A stretch of 32,000 bases of DNA, taken from contig NC_016070.1 of NCBI RefSeq assembly GCF_000253055.1, forward strand, positions 1,260,001-1,292,000, given 5' to 3'. Position numbers and translations under genes: made by a program. Within the stretch, counting starts at the first letter, position 1. Each line of letters starts with the position of its first letter. Of this stretch, positions 7,533 through 15,807 are shown in pieces. Under the pieces are notes generated by a model. That model saw only the letters and a list, made by a program, of their open reading frames with translations, searched no databases and was not told the DNA's origin. Source of the DNA: Thermoproteus tenax Kra 1 (GTDB lineage: Archaea > Thermoproteota > Thermoprotei > Thermoproteales > Thermoproteaceae).

Positions 7533-8797
7533 CTATCCTTCGATAGAAGCACGAAGACCATAGCCACAATTGCGCCCACTATCGTGACCAAAGATATAGC
7601 GACCAGTGTGCCGTAGGTCTTCCCTATAGAGTTGAGCAAGAATGTACTTATGTAGGGCGCAAACGAGCTGAAGGCCACGCCGAGGTTCAATATAAGCCCT
7701 ATGCCGCTATATCTCACCTTCGTCTCTATGGTCTCTGCCAACCACGCAGGCAAGAGAGAGTACTGTGAAGAAAATATAGCTCCGATCAAGGCAGCGCCTA
7801 ATACTAAAGCCTCCATGCTTCCGCTGGCAATTAGGGACCAGATCGGATACAACGTAAGGGCGGCTATCGCATAGTATATCGCTAGCATGGTTCTCCTCCT
7901 CCCCGCCTTGTCGCTCAGATAGCCAAAGAGGGGTCCAAGAAAGACCCAGGCTAGGCCGGCCGCCAGGGAGGCCAACACAAGAGCCTCTCTGCTATACCCC
8001 AACAGCGGAAGCAATGTGCCAAAATATCCTATAGATCCATAATATATCAAAGATTCGCCGAAAACAACAACTGTAGCTACTATTATGAAAAACCAATACT
8101 TTCTTACCAAAGCCAGAAACGGTATTTTCTCCACAGAGGGCTTGCCCTTGGTCAACCAGACGGAGCTCTCGCCTATACTCCACCTCACAAACAGCGCTAT
8201 GGCTAACGGTATTACTCCAAACCAGAAGAGGATCCTCCAGCCGTACGCAATCATGGCTTCTTTGCTAGGCGCTAATGCGCTGGCCAATGCGAGCGCGGCT
8301 GCGGCCCAGACCGAGGCTAGGCCGGCGCCTCCTTGCGCCACGCCGCCCAGTAGCCCTCTCATGTTATTGGGCGCAAACTCGGTCGTCATAGTCAAGCCGC
8401 CCGCCCACTCGCCTCCCAGGAATATCCCTTGTAACATTCTGAGGATTACCAACAACAAAGTCGCTAGTAGACCTATCTGGGCATAAGTAGGAAGGAACCC
8501 TATGAGGACTGTGGCGAGGCCCATTCCCACTAATACTATGAACCAAGTTACTTTGCGCCCTATCCTATCCCCTACATGACCCCAGATTATGGCGCCCAGA
8601 GGTCTGGCGAAATAGCCCAGCACCATTATTAATAGTGCGTTCAATAAGCTTGCTATGTAATTGCCCTTGGGAAAGAATAAGTCCGCTATATATGGGGCTG
8701 CGTAGAGGTACACAATGAGATCATAGAGCTCAAACCCCCAACCCAAGTTTGCCGACAACGCAACTTTTAGGGACTCGGCGAAATTATTTTCGCCCAT
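7511..8797 (-). CDS. MFS transporter, metabolite:H+ symporter (MHS)-like
   Basis: This is a 428-aa multi-pass membrane protein. The N-terminal GWGFELYDLIVYLYAAPYIADLFFP and the loop motif RPLGAIIWGHVGDRIGRK resemble the KgtP/CitA/ProP-type MHS subfamily. The start is the ATG at 8797. Confidence 0.88.
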   Translation of the reverse strand: MGENNFAESLKVALSANLGWGFELYDLIVYLYAAPYIADLFFPKGNYIASLLNALLIMVLGYFARPLGAIIWGHVGDRIGRKVTWFIVLVGMGLATVLIGFLPTYAQIGLLATLLLVILRMLQGIFLGGEWAGGLTMTTEFAPNNMRGLLGGVAQGGAGLASVWAAAALALASALAPSKEAMIAYGWRILFWFGVIPLAIALFVRWSIGESSVWLTKGKPSVEKIPFLALVRKYWFFIIVATVVVFGESLIYYGSIGYFGTLLPLLGYSREALVLASLAAGLAWVFLGPLFGYLSDKAGRRRTMLAIYYAIAALTLYPIWSLIASGSMEALVLGAALIGAIFSSQYSLLPAWLAETIETKVRYSGIGLILNLGVAFSSFAPYISTFLLNSIGKTYGTLVAISLVTIVGAIVAMVFVLLSKDRCCQELL

Positions 8798-8987
8798 AGT
8801 CTACCAAAAAAATAATTACTATTATAAACTTTTTTCTTTAATGCTATTTTTATTTATTCCAATAATATTCATTAAATAATTAATTAATAAATAAATTGAT
8901 TTATATTAATAATATATTTAATTTATATAGAAGTCTTTTTATAAATTATGTTTATACTATTTTTATTTATATTCTTTCTCTTTTTTA
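8798..8987. promoter_or_regulatory. Extremely AT-rich 190-bp divergent promoter spacer with an internal 14-nt direct repeat
   Basis: This is almost pure A/T sequence between the divergent MFS operon and the methyltransferase/Elp3 pair. CTATTTTTATTTAT occurs at 8844-8857 and again at 8957-8970, and there are many TATA-like words. Confidence 0.6.
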
Positions 8988-9593
8988 GTGGATTGGGCCA
9001 TCTCGGCCAGAGATGCATACACAGCCATCGGCAAAGCCTATGAGGAGTCCAGGAGGAGGCCTATTTTGGTGTCGGATTTAGCCGTTTTTGGCCCCAAGGC
9101 GCTAGACATAGGCTCCGGCAGAGGCGCTCAGCCCGCCTATTTTGAGGCAGAACACCCCTACGTAGTTCACTGCGATCTGTCCCCCGAGCTAATCCCGCAG
9201 GGCTCAGAGGCCGTGTTGTGTGAGGCCACTATGTTGCCCTTCAGATCGGGCGCGTTCGATGTAGTATACGCAGTTGCGGTCTTTCACCATCTGCCCCCAG
9301 GCGCCTTAATTAGGGCCGTCGCCGAAGGCCTTAGGGTCGGCAGAAGGCTCGTGGCCACCACCTGGCTACTCCCAGGAGGAGGCGGAGAGCGCCGCGAAAT
9401 AGCGTGGAGGTGGAAGTCTCGCGCCGTGCGGACCTACTATGTCTACGGCCTCTCCGACTTGGCCTCAGCTGTATCGGCGGCAGGCGGAAGGCCGTTAATG
9501 CTGACATACCTAAGGAGGGGGCGCCGTCTGAACTCTTTAGTCCTCGCAGAGAGGATCGGCCCTTCGAATGCCCAAGGGCAGAAAAAGAAATAG
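8988..9593 (+). CDS. Class I SAM-dependent methyltransferase (Methyltransf_11-like)
   Basis: It has the motif I LDIGSGRGA, an acidic residue at the end of strand 2 (VVHCDLS) and the post-motif FDVVYAVAVFHHL. It starts with GTG and ends 18 nt before the Elp3 start. Confidence 0.75.
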   Translation: MDWAISARDAYTAIGKAYEESRRRPILVSDLAVFGPKALDIGSGRGAQPAYFEAEHPYVVHCDLSPELIPQGSEAVLCEATMLPFRSGAFDVVYAVAVFHHLPPGALIRAVAEGLRVGRRLVATTWLLPGGGGERREIAWRWKSRAVRTYYVYGLSDLASAVSAAGGRPLMLTYLRRGRRLNSLVLAERIGPSNAQGQKKK

Positions 9594-9611
9594 AGAAGAG
9601 CAGTCAGTTGC

Positions 9612-11048
9612 GTGATTCGTAGACCTAAGCCGGAAGACGACGGGGCGGAGGTCTCGCCCATCAAGAGGCCCGTCAGAGCCGCCAGCGGCGTCCACGTAGT
9701 CGCCGTTATGACGGGGCCTCTCAGCTGTCCGGGGGAATGCGTGTTCTGCCCCACGGCGAGGGGCGTGCCCAAGTCGTATCTGCCCGACTCGCCCGCCGTG
9801 TTGAGGGCTCTGAGGGCCAGATACGACCCCTATAGGCAAGTTATGGCCAGAATAAAGAATTATCTAGCGGGAGGCCACGAGCCCAACAAAATCGAGGTGA
9901 TAGTTATGGGCGGGACGTTCACGGCGCTACCTCGCCAGTATCAGTTCTGGTTTGTAGGCAACGTCCTCAAGGCCTTGAACGATTATCCACAGTGGTCATC
10001 CGCCGCTCCCTCGGTCGACGTAGAGCTGGAGCAGGAGCGTAACGAGGGGGCAACGCTGAGGCTTGTGGCTCTCACTGTGGAGACCAGGCCTGACTACGTG
10101 GAGAAGCGCCATATAGATGACTTGTTGTCGCTGGGAGTCACTAGGGTCGAGCTGGGCGTACAGTCCATCTACGACGATGTTCTGAGGCTCACGAAGAGGG
10201 GCCACGGCGTTAAGGAGGTCGTGGACGCCACAGCCAGACTGAAGGACGCCGCCTATAAAGTGTGTTATCACCTCATGCCTGGGCTCCCAGGCAGCGACCC
10301 GGACAGAGACCTCGATATGTTCAGAGCCGTGTTCGAGGATCCCTCGTTCCGTCCGGACTGTGTCAAGATATATCCGACCTTCGTCGTGCCCGGGACAGAG
10401 TTGTACGAGTGGTGGAGGAGGGGCATCTATCGCTCCTACGACGAGGAGACTTGGCGGGAGCTCCTCGCCAAAATATATGCGTTGGTCCCCCCGTGGGTGA
10501 GAGTTATGAGGCTGGGCCGGGACATCCCCCTCCACCACGTGGTTGACGGGCCCAGATGGGGCAACATGAGGGAGGTCGTCGAGGAGGAGATGGAGAAGAG
10601 GGGTCTCCCGTGTAGAGAAATCCGTTGTAGAGAGGTCGGCATAAGGATGGTGCACGGCGAGCCTGTAGCTGAGCTCTCCAGATATGAGAAGATAGTGTAT
10701 GAGGCGAGCGGAGGACTCGAGTATTTCTTCCAAGCTGTCGGCGATGACGGCACTTTATATGGGATCCTGAGGCTCAGAATTCCGGCGCAGCCCTGGAGGC
10801 CCGAGATAGATGCGCGCACTGCGTTGGTGAGAGAGATCCACGTCTACGGCCCCGAGGTGCCCATTGGGAGGAGGAGCGTGTGGCCGCAACACAGAGGGAT
10901 AGGCCGCAGGCTGATGGAGCTCGCTGAGGGCGCGGCCGTTGAGAGCTCGGCCAAAAAAGTCGTAGTTATAGCTGGCGTCGGCGCCAGGCCCTACTTCAAA
11001 AAGCTCGGCTACTCTAGGTGTGGGCCCTATATGTGTAAAAGGCTCTAG
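9612..11048 (+). CDS. elp3: Elp3-like radical SAM / GNAT acetyltransferase (tRNA U34 carboxymethyl-uridine synthase homologue)
   Basis: SGVHVVAVMTGPLSCPGECVFCP contains the CX3CX2C radical-SAM triad in the Elp3-typical context. The C-terminal GNAT motif is QHRGIGRRLMELAE. The length is 478 aa and the start is the GTG at 9612. Confidence 0.9.
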   Translation: MIRRPKPEDDGAEVSPIKRPVRAASGVHVVAVMTGPLSCPGECVFCPTARGVPKSYLPDSPAVLRALRARYDPYRQVMARIKNYLAGGHEPNKIEVIVMGGTFTALPRQYQFWFVGNVLKALNDYPQWSSAAPSVDVELEQERNEGATLRLVALTVETRPDYVEKRHIDDLLSLGVTRVELGVQSIYDDVLRLTKRGHGVKEVVDATARLKDAAYKVCYHLMPGLPGSDPDRDLDMFRAVFEDPSFRPDCVKIYPTFVVPGTELYEWWRRGIYRSYDEETWRELLAKIYALVPPWVRVMRLGRDIPLHHVVDGPRWGNMREVVEEEMEKRGLPCREIRCREVGIRMVHGEPVAELSRYEKIVYEASGGLEYFFQAVGDDGTLYGILRLRIPAQPWRPEIDARTALVREIHVYGPEVPIGRRSVWPQHRGIGRRLMELAEGAAVESSAKKVVVIAGVGARPYFKKLGYSRCGPYMCKRL

Positions 11049-13525
11049 GTGCCGGCGCTCAGCTCGGCGGCGAGGGCTGCATGGCGGCGCCTTATGATGA
11101 TGTAGGCGCCGGCTCCTCCGCCGGCTGCAGCGGCTATTATAATTAACGGAAGAGGATTGAGGTTCCACACGGCCGTGTATGTGCCGGGCGCGACGACCAC
11201 TACAGAGGGCGAGTTGAAGACTTGCCCGCTGGGGCTCTGCCATCCGCCGAACTGGTAGAGCAACGGCGGCGGGCTCCAGACTTGGTCTGGGCTCACCGTC
11301 ACATACAACGTAGACCCTGCGTCGGCCCACGTCTCAGCCACGCTTGGTGTGCCGTATTTGCTCTGGAACGTCACTAGATACTGAGTCTTGGTTGCATAAG
11401 TTACATTCATGGGACCCTCTACGGTCACTTTGGCTGTAGGCGAGGACGGGCCGGCCTTGCCGTTAATGACCCAATAAGCAAACGCCGTACGAGTCTGACC
11501 AGATGTGCTCAAGGCCTCGGGTATGTTCAATGTGATAGTGCTCCCCTTGTCGGCCCATACAGAGCTCATGCCGTTAACTGTGCCAGGCTGTTTGACTACG
11601 ACTAGATATTGGACTGAGTATATCGGATCCACCGTCAAAGGCCCTGTCACCTCAGCCGTGAAGTTGCCCGACTGGCCGTTGCTCCACCCATGGAAGTAGA
11701 GGCGGGTGCCGTTCCCGAAGTCGTAGATCAATGGCGCCGTAAATTGGACGTAGGAGTATTGATCGGCCCACAACGACTGTGAGCCGTTGACAGCCGCCGG
11801 CCATTTTGTTGTAACTAGGTACTGCATCACATAGTAGGCGGTCGTAGTGACGGGGTACGTCGTAACATAGGGCGTGAGCCCCGAGGACACTGGTTGGCCG
11901 TACTGGTCGTAGACCACGAGACCTCTCAGTCTCCAACGCGCCGTTGAGTTTATCTGTACAATGGACGGCGCCAAAACTTTATAGACCGCGGTGACCGTCG
12001 TTGGGCCATTGACGTTGACGGCTATGGAGGGCGCCGGTACGTTTATGACAGTGTTATTGACTACCCAATGGTCCAGAACCATGTCGGCTGTGGATCCCGC
12101 GCCTGCAGGACCGCCGAACATCAAGATCTGCACTCTCGGGTTTGCTGCATATACCGTTGTGCCGGCGGCCCACGTGGGGCCGGACACAAGACCAGGAGGA
12201 CTTATGTCCACTCTGTATTGAAGTTGGTAGTAGAGGATAACGGGGGACTGCAGATTGCCCGATACCGATAGAGTCACATTGTTCAGAGGGGCACAACGCG
12301 AGGACTGGCTGAGGTATCTATACTGTGGTATTATCTGTACCGGGCCCACTGGCAGAAGGACTTGGGCAGTGCCGGCCACTTGGTATGTGAACGTAGATCC
12401 CGACGATACTACGTCTATGGTCTCATTGAGGCAGGGCTCGGGGCCTGTGACCTCTATAGTCGCCGCTGGATCTACTACTTTGATCATCCCTATCGCCAAA
12501 CGCTGGAACTTGACGGTTCCCCAAGTCTCAACGGCTACAGTGAGGCCGTCCCACGATGTCGCCACGCTGGTGACTGGCGCACCGGCGTCCCACTCGGCCG
12601 CTAAATGGCCGTTCCAATATACCACAACTTGGCCTCCCAAGGTGCCGACGACGATGATAGAGCCGTTGCCGGAGACAGCTATTGCAGTAGGCGCTGAGGG
12701 GAGCATTGCGGTGAACTGGAGAGAGCCGTCTCTATATACGTAGAGCTGATCGTAGATGCCCACTGCGAGCGTCGATCCGTCTTGGCTCACTGCGGCGGCT
12801 ACGGCGGGCGTGTTTGTGCCGTATTCCGTAATAGCGCCCGGTGTCAGATCGACTCCAAGGGGCCAGATTATGAGGTGCGGCAGACGGCCTTTGTAGAACC
12901 ATACTGCGTACGGCTGAGCGCCTGGATTTGCCCCTATGAAGTACACTGTGCCTGGGTTGGACGCCAACTGTGTCACGGATGCGCCGGAGATGGCGTACAG
13001 CGCGCCTGAATATGTACCGGCATAGATAGTGTTGCCGTCACGGCTGTAGGCGAGGGCCGTAACCGGCGCGCCCAGACTATAGGTCGCCTCTATGCCCTTC
13101 TCGTCAACCACAATGACTTCACCAGACTCAGTTCCAACCGCCACTTGGACGCAGTTGGTGGCGACGGCGGTTATATTTTGACGGCTCAAGCCCTTGGACC
13201 ATATCATGTAGCCATACGGCGTGAACAAAGATACCACAGAATATTTAACTAAGCTTACGTTTATCAGACCCCTGCTCTGATTAACGTAGACATAGTATAT
13301 ATAGGGTCTGTCGACTATAGCTAGACAGCCTCCGTAGGCGTTAGTGGCTATCAGTGGATAGTGCGCAGCCGCGCTCCATATCGTGCCGCCGTTCTCGGCG
13401 ATTATATTGACGCCCGTCTGAGTTGCTTGGTATATCAAGTCCAGACTCTCAGTGCCCAGGATATAGGCGGAGGCCAGATAGGCCCCCAACACTACGGCCA
13501 GTAATAAGGCTATCAACCATCTCAT
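11045..13525 (-). CDS. Large surface protein with a signal peptide, a beta-propeller-like region, tandem beta-sandwich-like repeats and a C-terminal TM anchor
   Basis: The protein is 826 aa.
- Signal peptide: N-terminus MRWLIALLLAVVLGAYLASA.
- Propeller-like blades (aa ~120-340): VTALAYSRDGNTIYAGTYSGALYAI, AAAVSQDGSTLAVGIYDQLYVY, AIAVSGNGSIIVVGTLGGQVVVYW and VATSWDGLTVAVETWGTV.
- Repeats: four QY-initiated repeats of about 70-80 aa.
- Anchor: C-terminus PLPLIIIAAAAGGGAGAYIIIRRRH.
- Many N-x-S/T sequons. Confidence 0.8.
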   Translation of the reverse strand: MRWLIALLLAVVLGAYLASAYILGTESLDLIYQATQTGVNIIAENGGTIWSAAAHYPLIATNAYGGCLAIVDRPYIYYVYVNQSRGLINVSLVKYSVVSLFTPYGYMIWSKGLSRQNITAVATNCVQVAVGTESGEVIVVDEKGIEATYSLGAPVTALAYSRDGNTIYAGTYSGALYAISGASVTQLASNPGTVYFIGANPGAQPYAVWFYKGRLPHLIIWPLGVDLTPGAITEYGTNTPAVAAAVSQDGSTLAVGIYDQLYVYRDGSLQFTAMLPSAPTAIAVSGNGSIIVVGTLGGQVVVYWNGHLAAEWDAGAPVTSVATSWDGLTVAVETWGTVKFQRLAIGMIKVVDPAATIEVTGPEPCLNETIDVVSSGSTFTYQVAGTAQVLLPVGPVQIIPQYRYLSQSSRCAPLNNVTLSVSGNLQSPVILYYQLQYRVDISPPGLVSGPTWAAGTTVYAANPRVQILMFGGPAGAGSTADMVLDHWVVNNTVINVPAPSIAVNVNGPTTVTAVYKVLAPSIVQINSTARWRLRGLVVYDQYGQPVSSGLTPYVTTYPVTTTAYYVMQYLVTTKWPAAVNGSQSLWADQYSYVQFTAPLIYDFGNGTRLYFHGWSNGQSGNFTAEVTGPLTVDPIYSVQYLVVVKQPGTVNGMSSVWADKGSTITLNIPEALSTSGQTRTAFAYWVINGKAGPSSPTAKVTVEGPMNVTYATKTQYLVTFQSKYGTPSVAETWADAGSTLYVTVSPDQVWSPPPLLYQFGGWQSPSGQVFNSPSVVVVAPGTYTAVWNLNPLPLIIIAAAAGGGAGAYIIIRRRHAALAAELSAGT
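11162..12220 (-). repeat. Protein-level tandem repeats (four units of about 70-80 aa) inside the surface protein
   Basis: The units begin QYRVDISPPG (aa 436), QYLVTTKWPAAVNG (aa 568), QYLVVVKQPGTVNG (aa 639) and QYLVTFQSKYGTPS (aa 715). Most share W-A-D-x-G-S, an aromatic-x-x-W position, and a V-x-G-P-x-x-V/...Y ending. They resemble InlB-B-repeat/Flg_new-type repeats. Confidence 0.6.
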
Positions 13526-13556
13526 GGAGCATCGGTGTTGATGTTAAATATATATT

Positions 13557-14684
13557 TTACGTTTCTATCTTTGCCAAGTAAGGGGAAAGGGCCCTCGACA
13601 GGCCCTCGGGTAGTGACGACTTATATTGGTCTATAAGGCTCAACATGACCAACGAGGGCAATTCGCCGGGAGAGAACCCCCGGCTCCTGAGGTAGAAGAC
13701 CTTCTCGTCGTCCAACGATGCGTCTGCGGCCGAGTGCTTCGCGCCCAAGACGTCACCCGTGTCTATATAGAGGACGGGCTGAGTTACGGCCACGGCCTCG
13801 GGCGATGCTATGTACGACACGCCCTCAGCCACGCTCTCGCTCCATCTGCCTTGCTTCGTTATTCTCCCCAAGGCCCTCTGGATCACCCATGCCCTGTCTC
13901 TAGATATGGCGATCAGCCTTATCCTGCTCCTTCCGTACTCTCCATCGTTCACAGAGGCCACGTAGTGGTGTATTTTGGAATCGCCGGCGCCTACGTCAAG
14001 CCCTACTACGTCCACAGAGGATCTTTCCCCTTGTACTACATACTCTTCGATTACACTATTCATGGAGCCCGAGTAAGCTAGAGGCCTAGCCACTACGGAC
14101 GTTCTGGATCCCACGGACGTCCTGACCAATACGTAGTGGGGTCCCCCCGCCGAGATGGAGACTGTTGAGAGGTTGAGCGATGATCCATCGCCGACTGTTC
14201 CCTCCACTATTACGGCGTTGAGCACGTCGCCAAAGCTCTCCGCCAAGATCACTACGTCGCCCTCGAAGCCGCTCTCAACATCGAGATAGAGATATGCCGC
14301 TGAGAATGCCCTCTGGCCCGATGCAGATGCTCTGATCACAACGGGCGCATTGGGCCGTCCCCACAACTTGACGTGGACGGCCTCAAGTACCTTCGAGAAG
14401 ATGAGGGCTTGCATCTTGTTCTCAATAGTAATATAGCGGAGGGGCGCCTCGTCGGAGGCCCACGCCTCGACGCCCCCACAAGAGCCTACTCCTGCCAGTG
14501 TTCCGTTAACCACTGAGACCTCGCAAGGGGCAGGGCTTGCGCTAAGTCGCGGGGCATCTGCTGTATAGCCCTCATATTTAGACCAATCGATATAGTGTTT
14601 AACGCCGGGCGAGTCGGCGTACTCTTGATACGGTAACTTAGCAACGAGCTCCGCGGCGCGAGCTTTCAGCTCGTTCAACTTCAC
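13557..14684 (-). CDS. SufB/SufD-family protein (Fe-S cluster assembly scaffold-like beta-helix)
   Basis: The C-terminal block PVLYIDTGDVLGAKHSAADASLDDEKVFYLRSRGFSPGELPSLVMLSLI matches the conserved SufB/SufD signature (...HGAT.G.LD.E.LFYL.SRG...). The start is GTG. No sufB or sufC is adjacent. Confidence 0.75.
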   Translation of the reverse strand: MKLNELKARAAELVAKLPYQEYADSPGVKHYIDWSKYEGYTADAPRLSASPAPCEVSVVNGTLAGVGSCGGVEAWASDEAPLRYITIENKMQALIFSKVLEAVHVKLWGRPNAPVVIRASASGQRAFSAAYLYLDVESGFEGDVVILAESFGDVLNAVIVEGTVGDGSSLNLSTVSISAGGPHYVLVRTSVGSRTSVVARPLAYSGSMNSVIEEYVVQGERSSVDVVGLDVGAGDSKIHHYVASVNDGEYGRSRIRLIAISRDRAWVIQRALGRITKQGRWSESVAEGVSYIASPEAVAVTQPVLYIDTGDVLGAKHSAADASLDDEKVFYLRSRGFSPGELPSLVMLSLIDQYKSSLPEGLSRALSPYLAKIET

Positions 14685-14721
14685 AGAGGAATCGTTTTCT
14701 ATTATTAAAAACAGAGAGTCA

Positions 14722-15144
14722 ATGGAGGAGGTATCGGCCGGTGCCGTAGTATTCTTCGAGAGCGGGGGGAAGATCGAGTACCTGTTGCTCCACTATCCGG
14801 CCGGCCACTGGGATTTCCCCAAGGGGAACATCGAATTCGGCGAATCGCCGGAGGAGGCCGCATTGAGAGAAATAAAAGAGGAGACAGGACTAGACGTAGA
14901 GCTCATCACTACATTCCGTGAGGAGATCGAGTACTTCTACTACAGGGGCGGCAAGAGGATCAGAAAGAGGGTCATCTACTTCTTGGCCAGGGCGCGATCT
15001 AAGGACGTCAGACTTTCGTGGGAGCACAGCGGCTTCGTCTGGCTACCTTTCGATGAGGCGTTATCTCGGACCACTTACGAAAATTCCAGACGCGTTCTAG
15101 CGAGGGCCCACGCCTATATAAGAGAAAGGCTCGTAGGCCGTTGA
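14722..15144 (+). CDS. Nudix hydrolase (Ap4A-hydrolase-like)
   Basis: The Nudix box is perfect: GHWDFPKGNIEFGESPEEAALREIKEETG (GX5EX7REUXEEXGU). The protein is 140 aa. Confidence 0.9.
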   Translation: MEEVSAGAVVFFESGGKIEYLLLHYPAGHWDFPKGNIEFGESPEEAALREIKEETGLDVELITTFREEIEYFYYRGGKRIRKRVIYFLARARSKDVRLSWEHSGFVWLPFDEALSRTTYENSRRVLARAHAYIRERLVGR

Positions 15145-15276
15145 TCCAGGGGGCTCAAGGCCGTATTTTCCACAGTTTTCAATGCGATGGCACCGCTTCA
15201 ACGGCTATCCGCCATAGGGCGAGACCCCCGTAGAGTCGCCGCCAGCTGTAGAGGGGTTGAGGATGTTGATCTCTCA

Positions 15277-15771
15277 CTAGATTTCCTCAATAGAGAAGGC
15301 TTGGTCGGCCAGAGATCTGAGCACTGTGCACTGCTCCGTCATCATCGACCAGAGCCTCGATTCAACCTCGCCCAGACGGCGTCCCTCATCTGGAAGATAG
15401 GAGAGGAGCGCTCTGATGAGGGCGGCCGCCCTCGCGAGGGCCTCGGGGCACCCCAGCCCTCTGTTCGCCTGGAGCGCCCCCTCGCCTCCCAGCCTCGATA
15501 TGACCTCGTCGGGGACCTCGGCCGCCGCTGCGATGAACCTCGCGGGGTCGTCCAAGGCGTTTTTGAGCTTATTTATAGTTTCGTCGAGGGCTTTGACCGT
15601 CTTCATGATCAGCTCGAAGTTGTGTTTGCCCAGGACGCGCTCCAGAGTTTTGAAGAACAACGCGCTGTCGCCCATTATCTTCTCCGGCCTCACTCCGGCG
15701 GCCCTCAGCTTGGTCAAGATCATGGTCCTCGTGGTCTCATCTAAGTACGCCAAAAACGCAGACGGAGTCAT
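15277..15771 (-). CDS. Hypothetical protein (164 aa), immediately downstream of the topoisomerase gene
   Basis: The minus-strand frame has a balanced, helix-rich composition (MTPSAFLAYLDETTRTMILTKLRAAGVRPEKIMGDSALFFKTLERVLGK...). The overlapping plus-strand ORFs are Arg/Gly/Pro-rich in the way antisense frames typically are. It lies 36 nt downstream of the topoisomerase stop. Confidence 0.6.
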   Translation of the reverse strand: MTPSAFLAYLDETTRTMILTKLRAAGVRPEKIMGDSALFFKTLERVLGKHNFELIMKTVKALDETINKLKNALDDPARFIAAAAEVPDEVISRLGGEGALQANRGLGCPEALARAAALIRALLSYLPDEGRRLGEVESRLWSMMTEQCTVLRSLADQAFSIEEI

Positions 15772-15807
15772 GACAACCTTGAATACGCCATTTTTAAAAT
15801 GCTGAGT

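Noticed and set aside
8798-8987. The AT-rich island considered as a replication origin (DUE).
   Set aside because: I could find no ORB or mini-ORB-like inverted boxes flanking it, and there is no orc1/cdc6 or whiP gene in the window. A divergent promoter explains the location. It is kept as a lower-key finding only.
9996-10733. A long 245-aa minus-strand ORF inside Elp3. Similar antisense ORFs include 6671-7273 (+), 1839-2408 (-), 3006-3434 (-), 10755-11330 (-), 12255-12743 (+), 13626-14081 (+), 15187-15744 (+), 26892-27326 (+) and 30976-31650 (-).
   Set aside because: Each one overlaps, out of frame or in antisense, a gene with strong family motifs. Their translations are Arg/Ser/Pro/Gly-rich or low-complexity, as expected for shadow ORFs in GC-rich coding DNA. 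None has a recognisable motif or its own promoter box.
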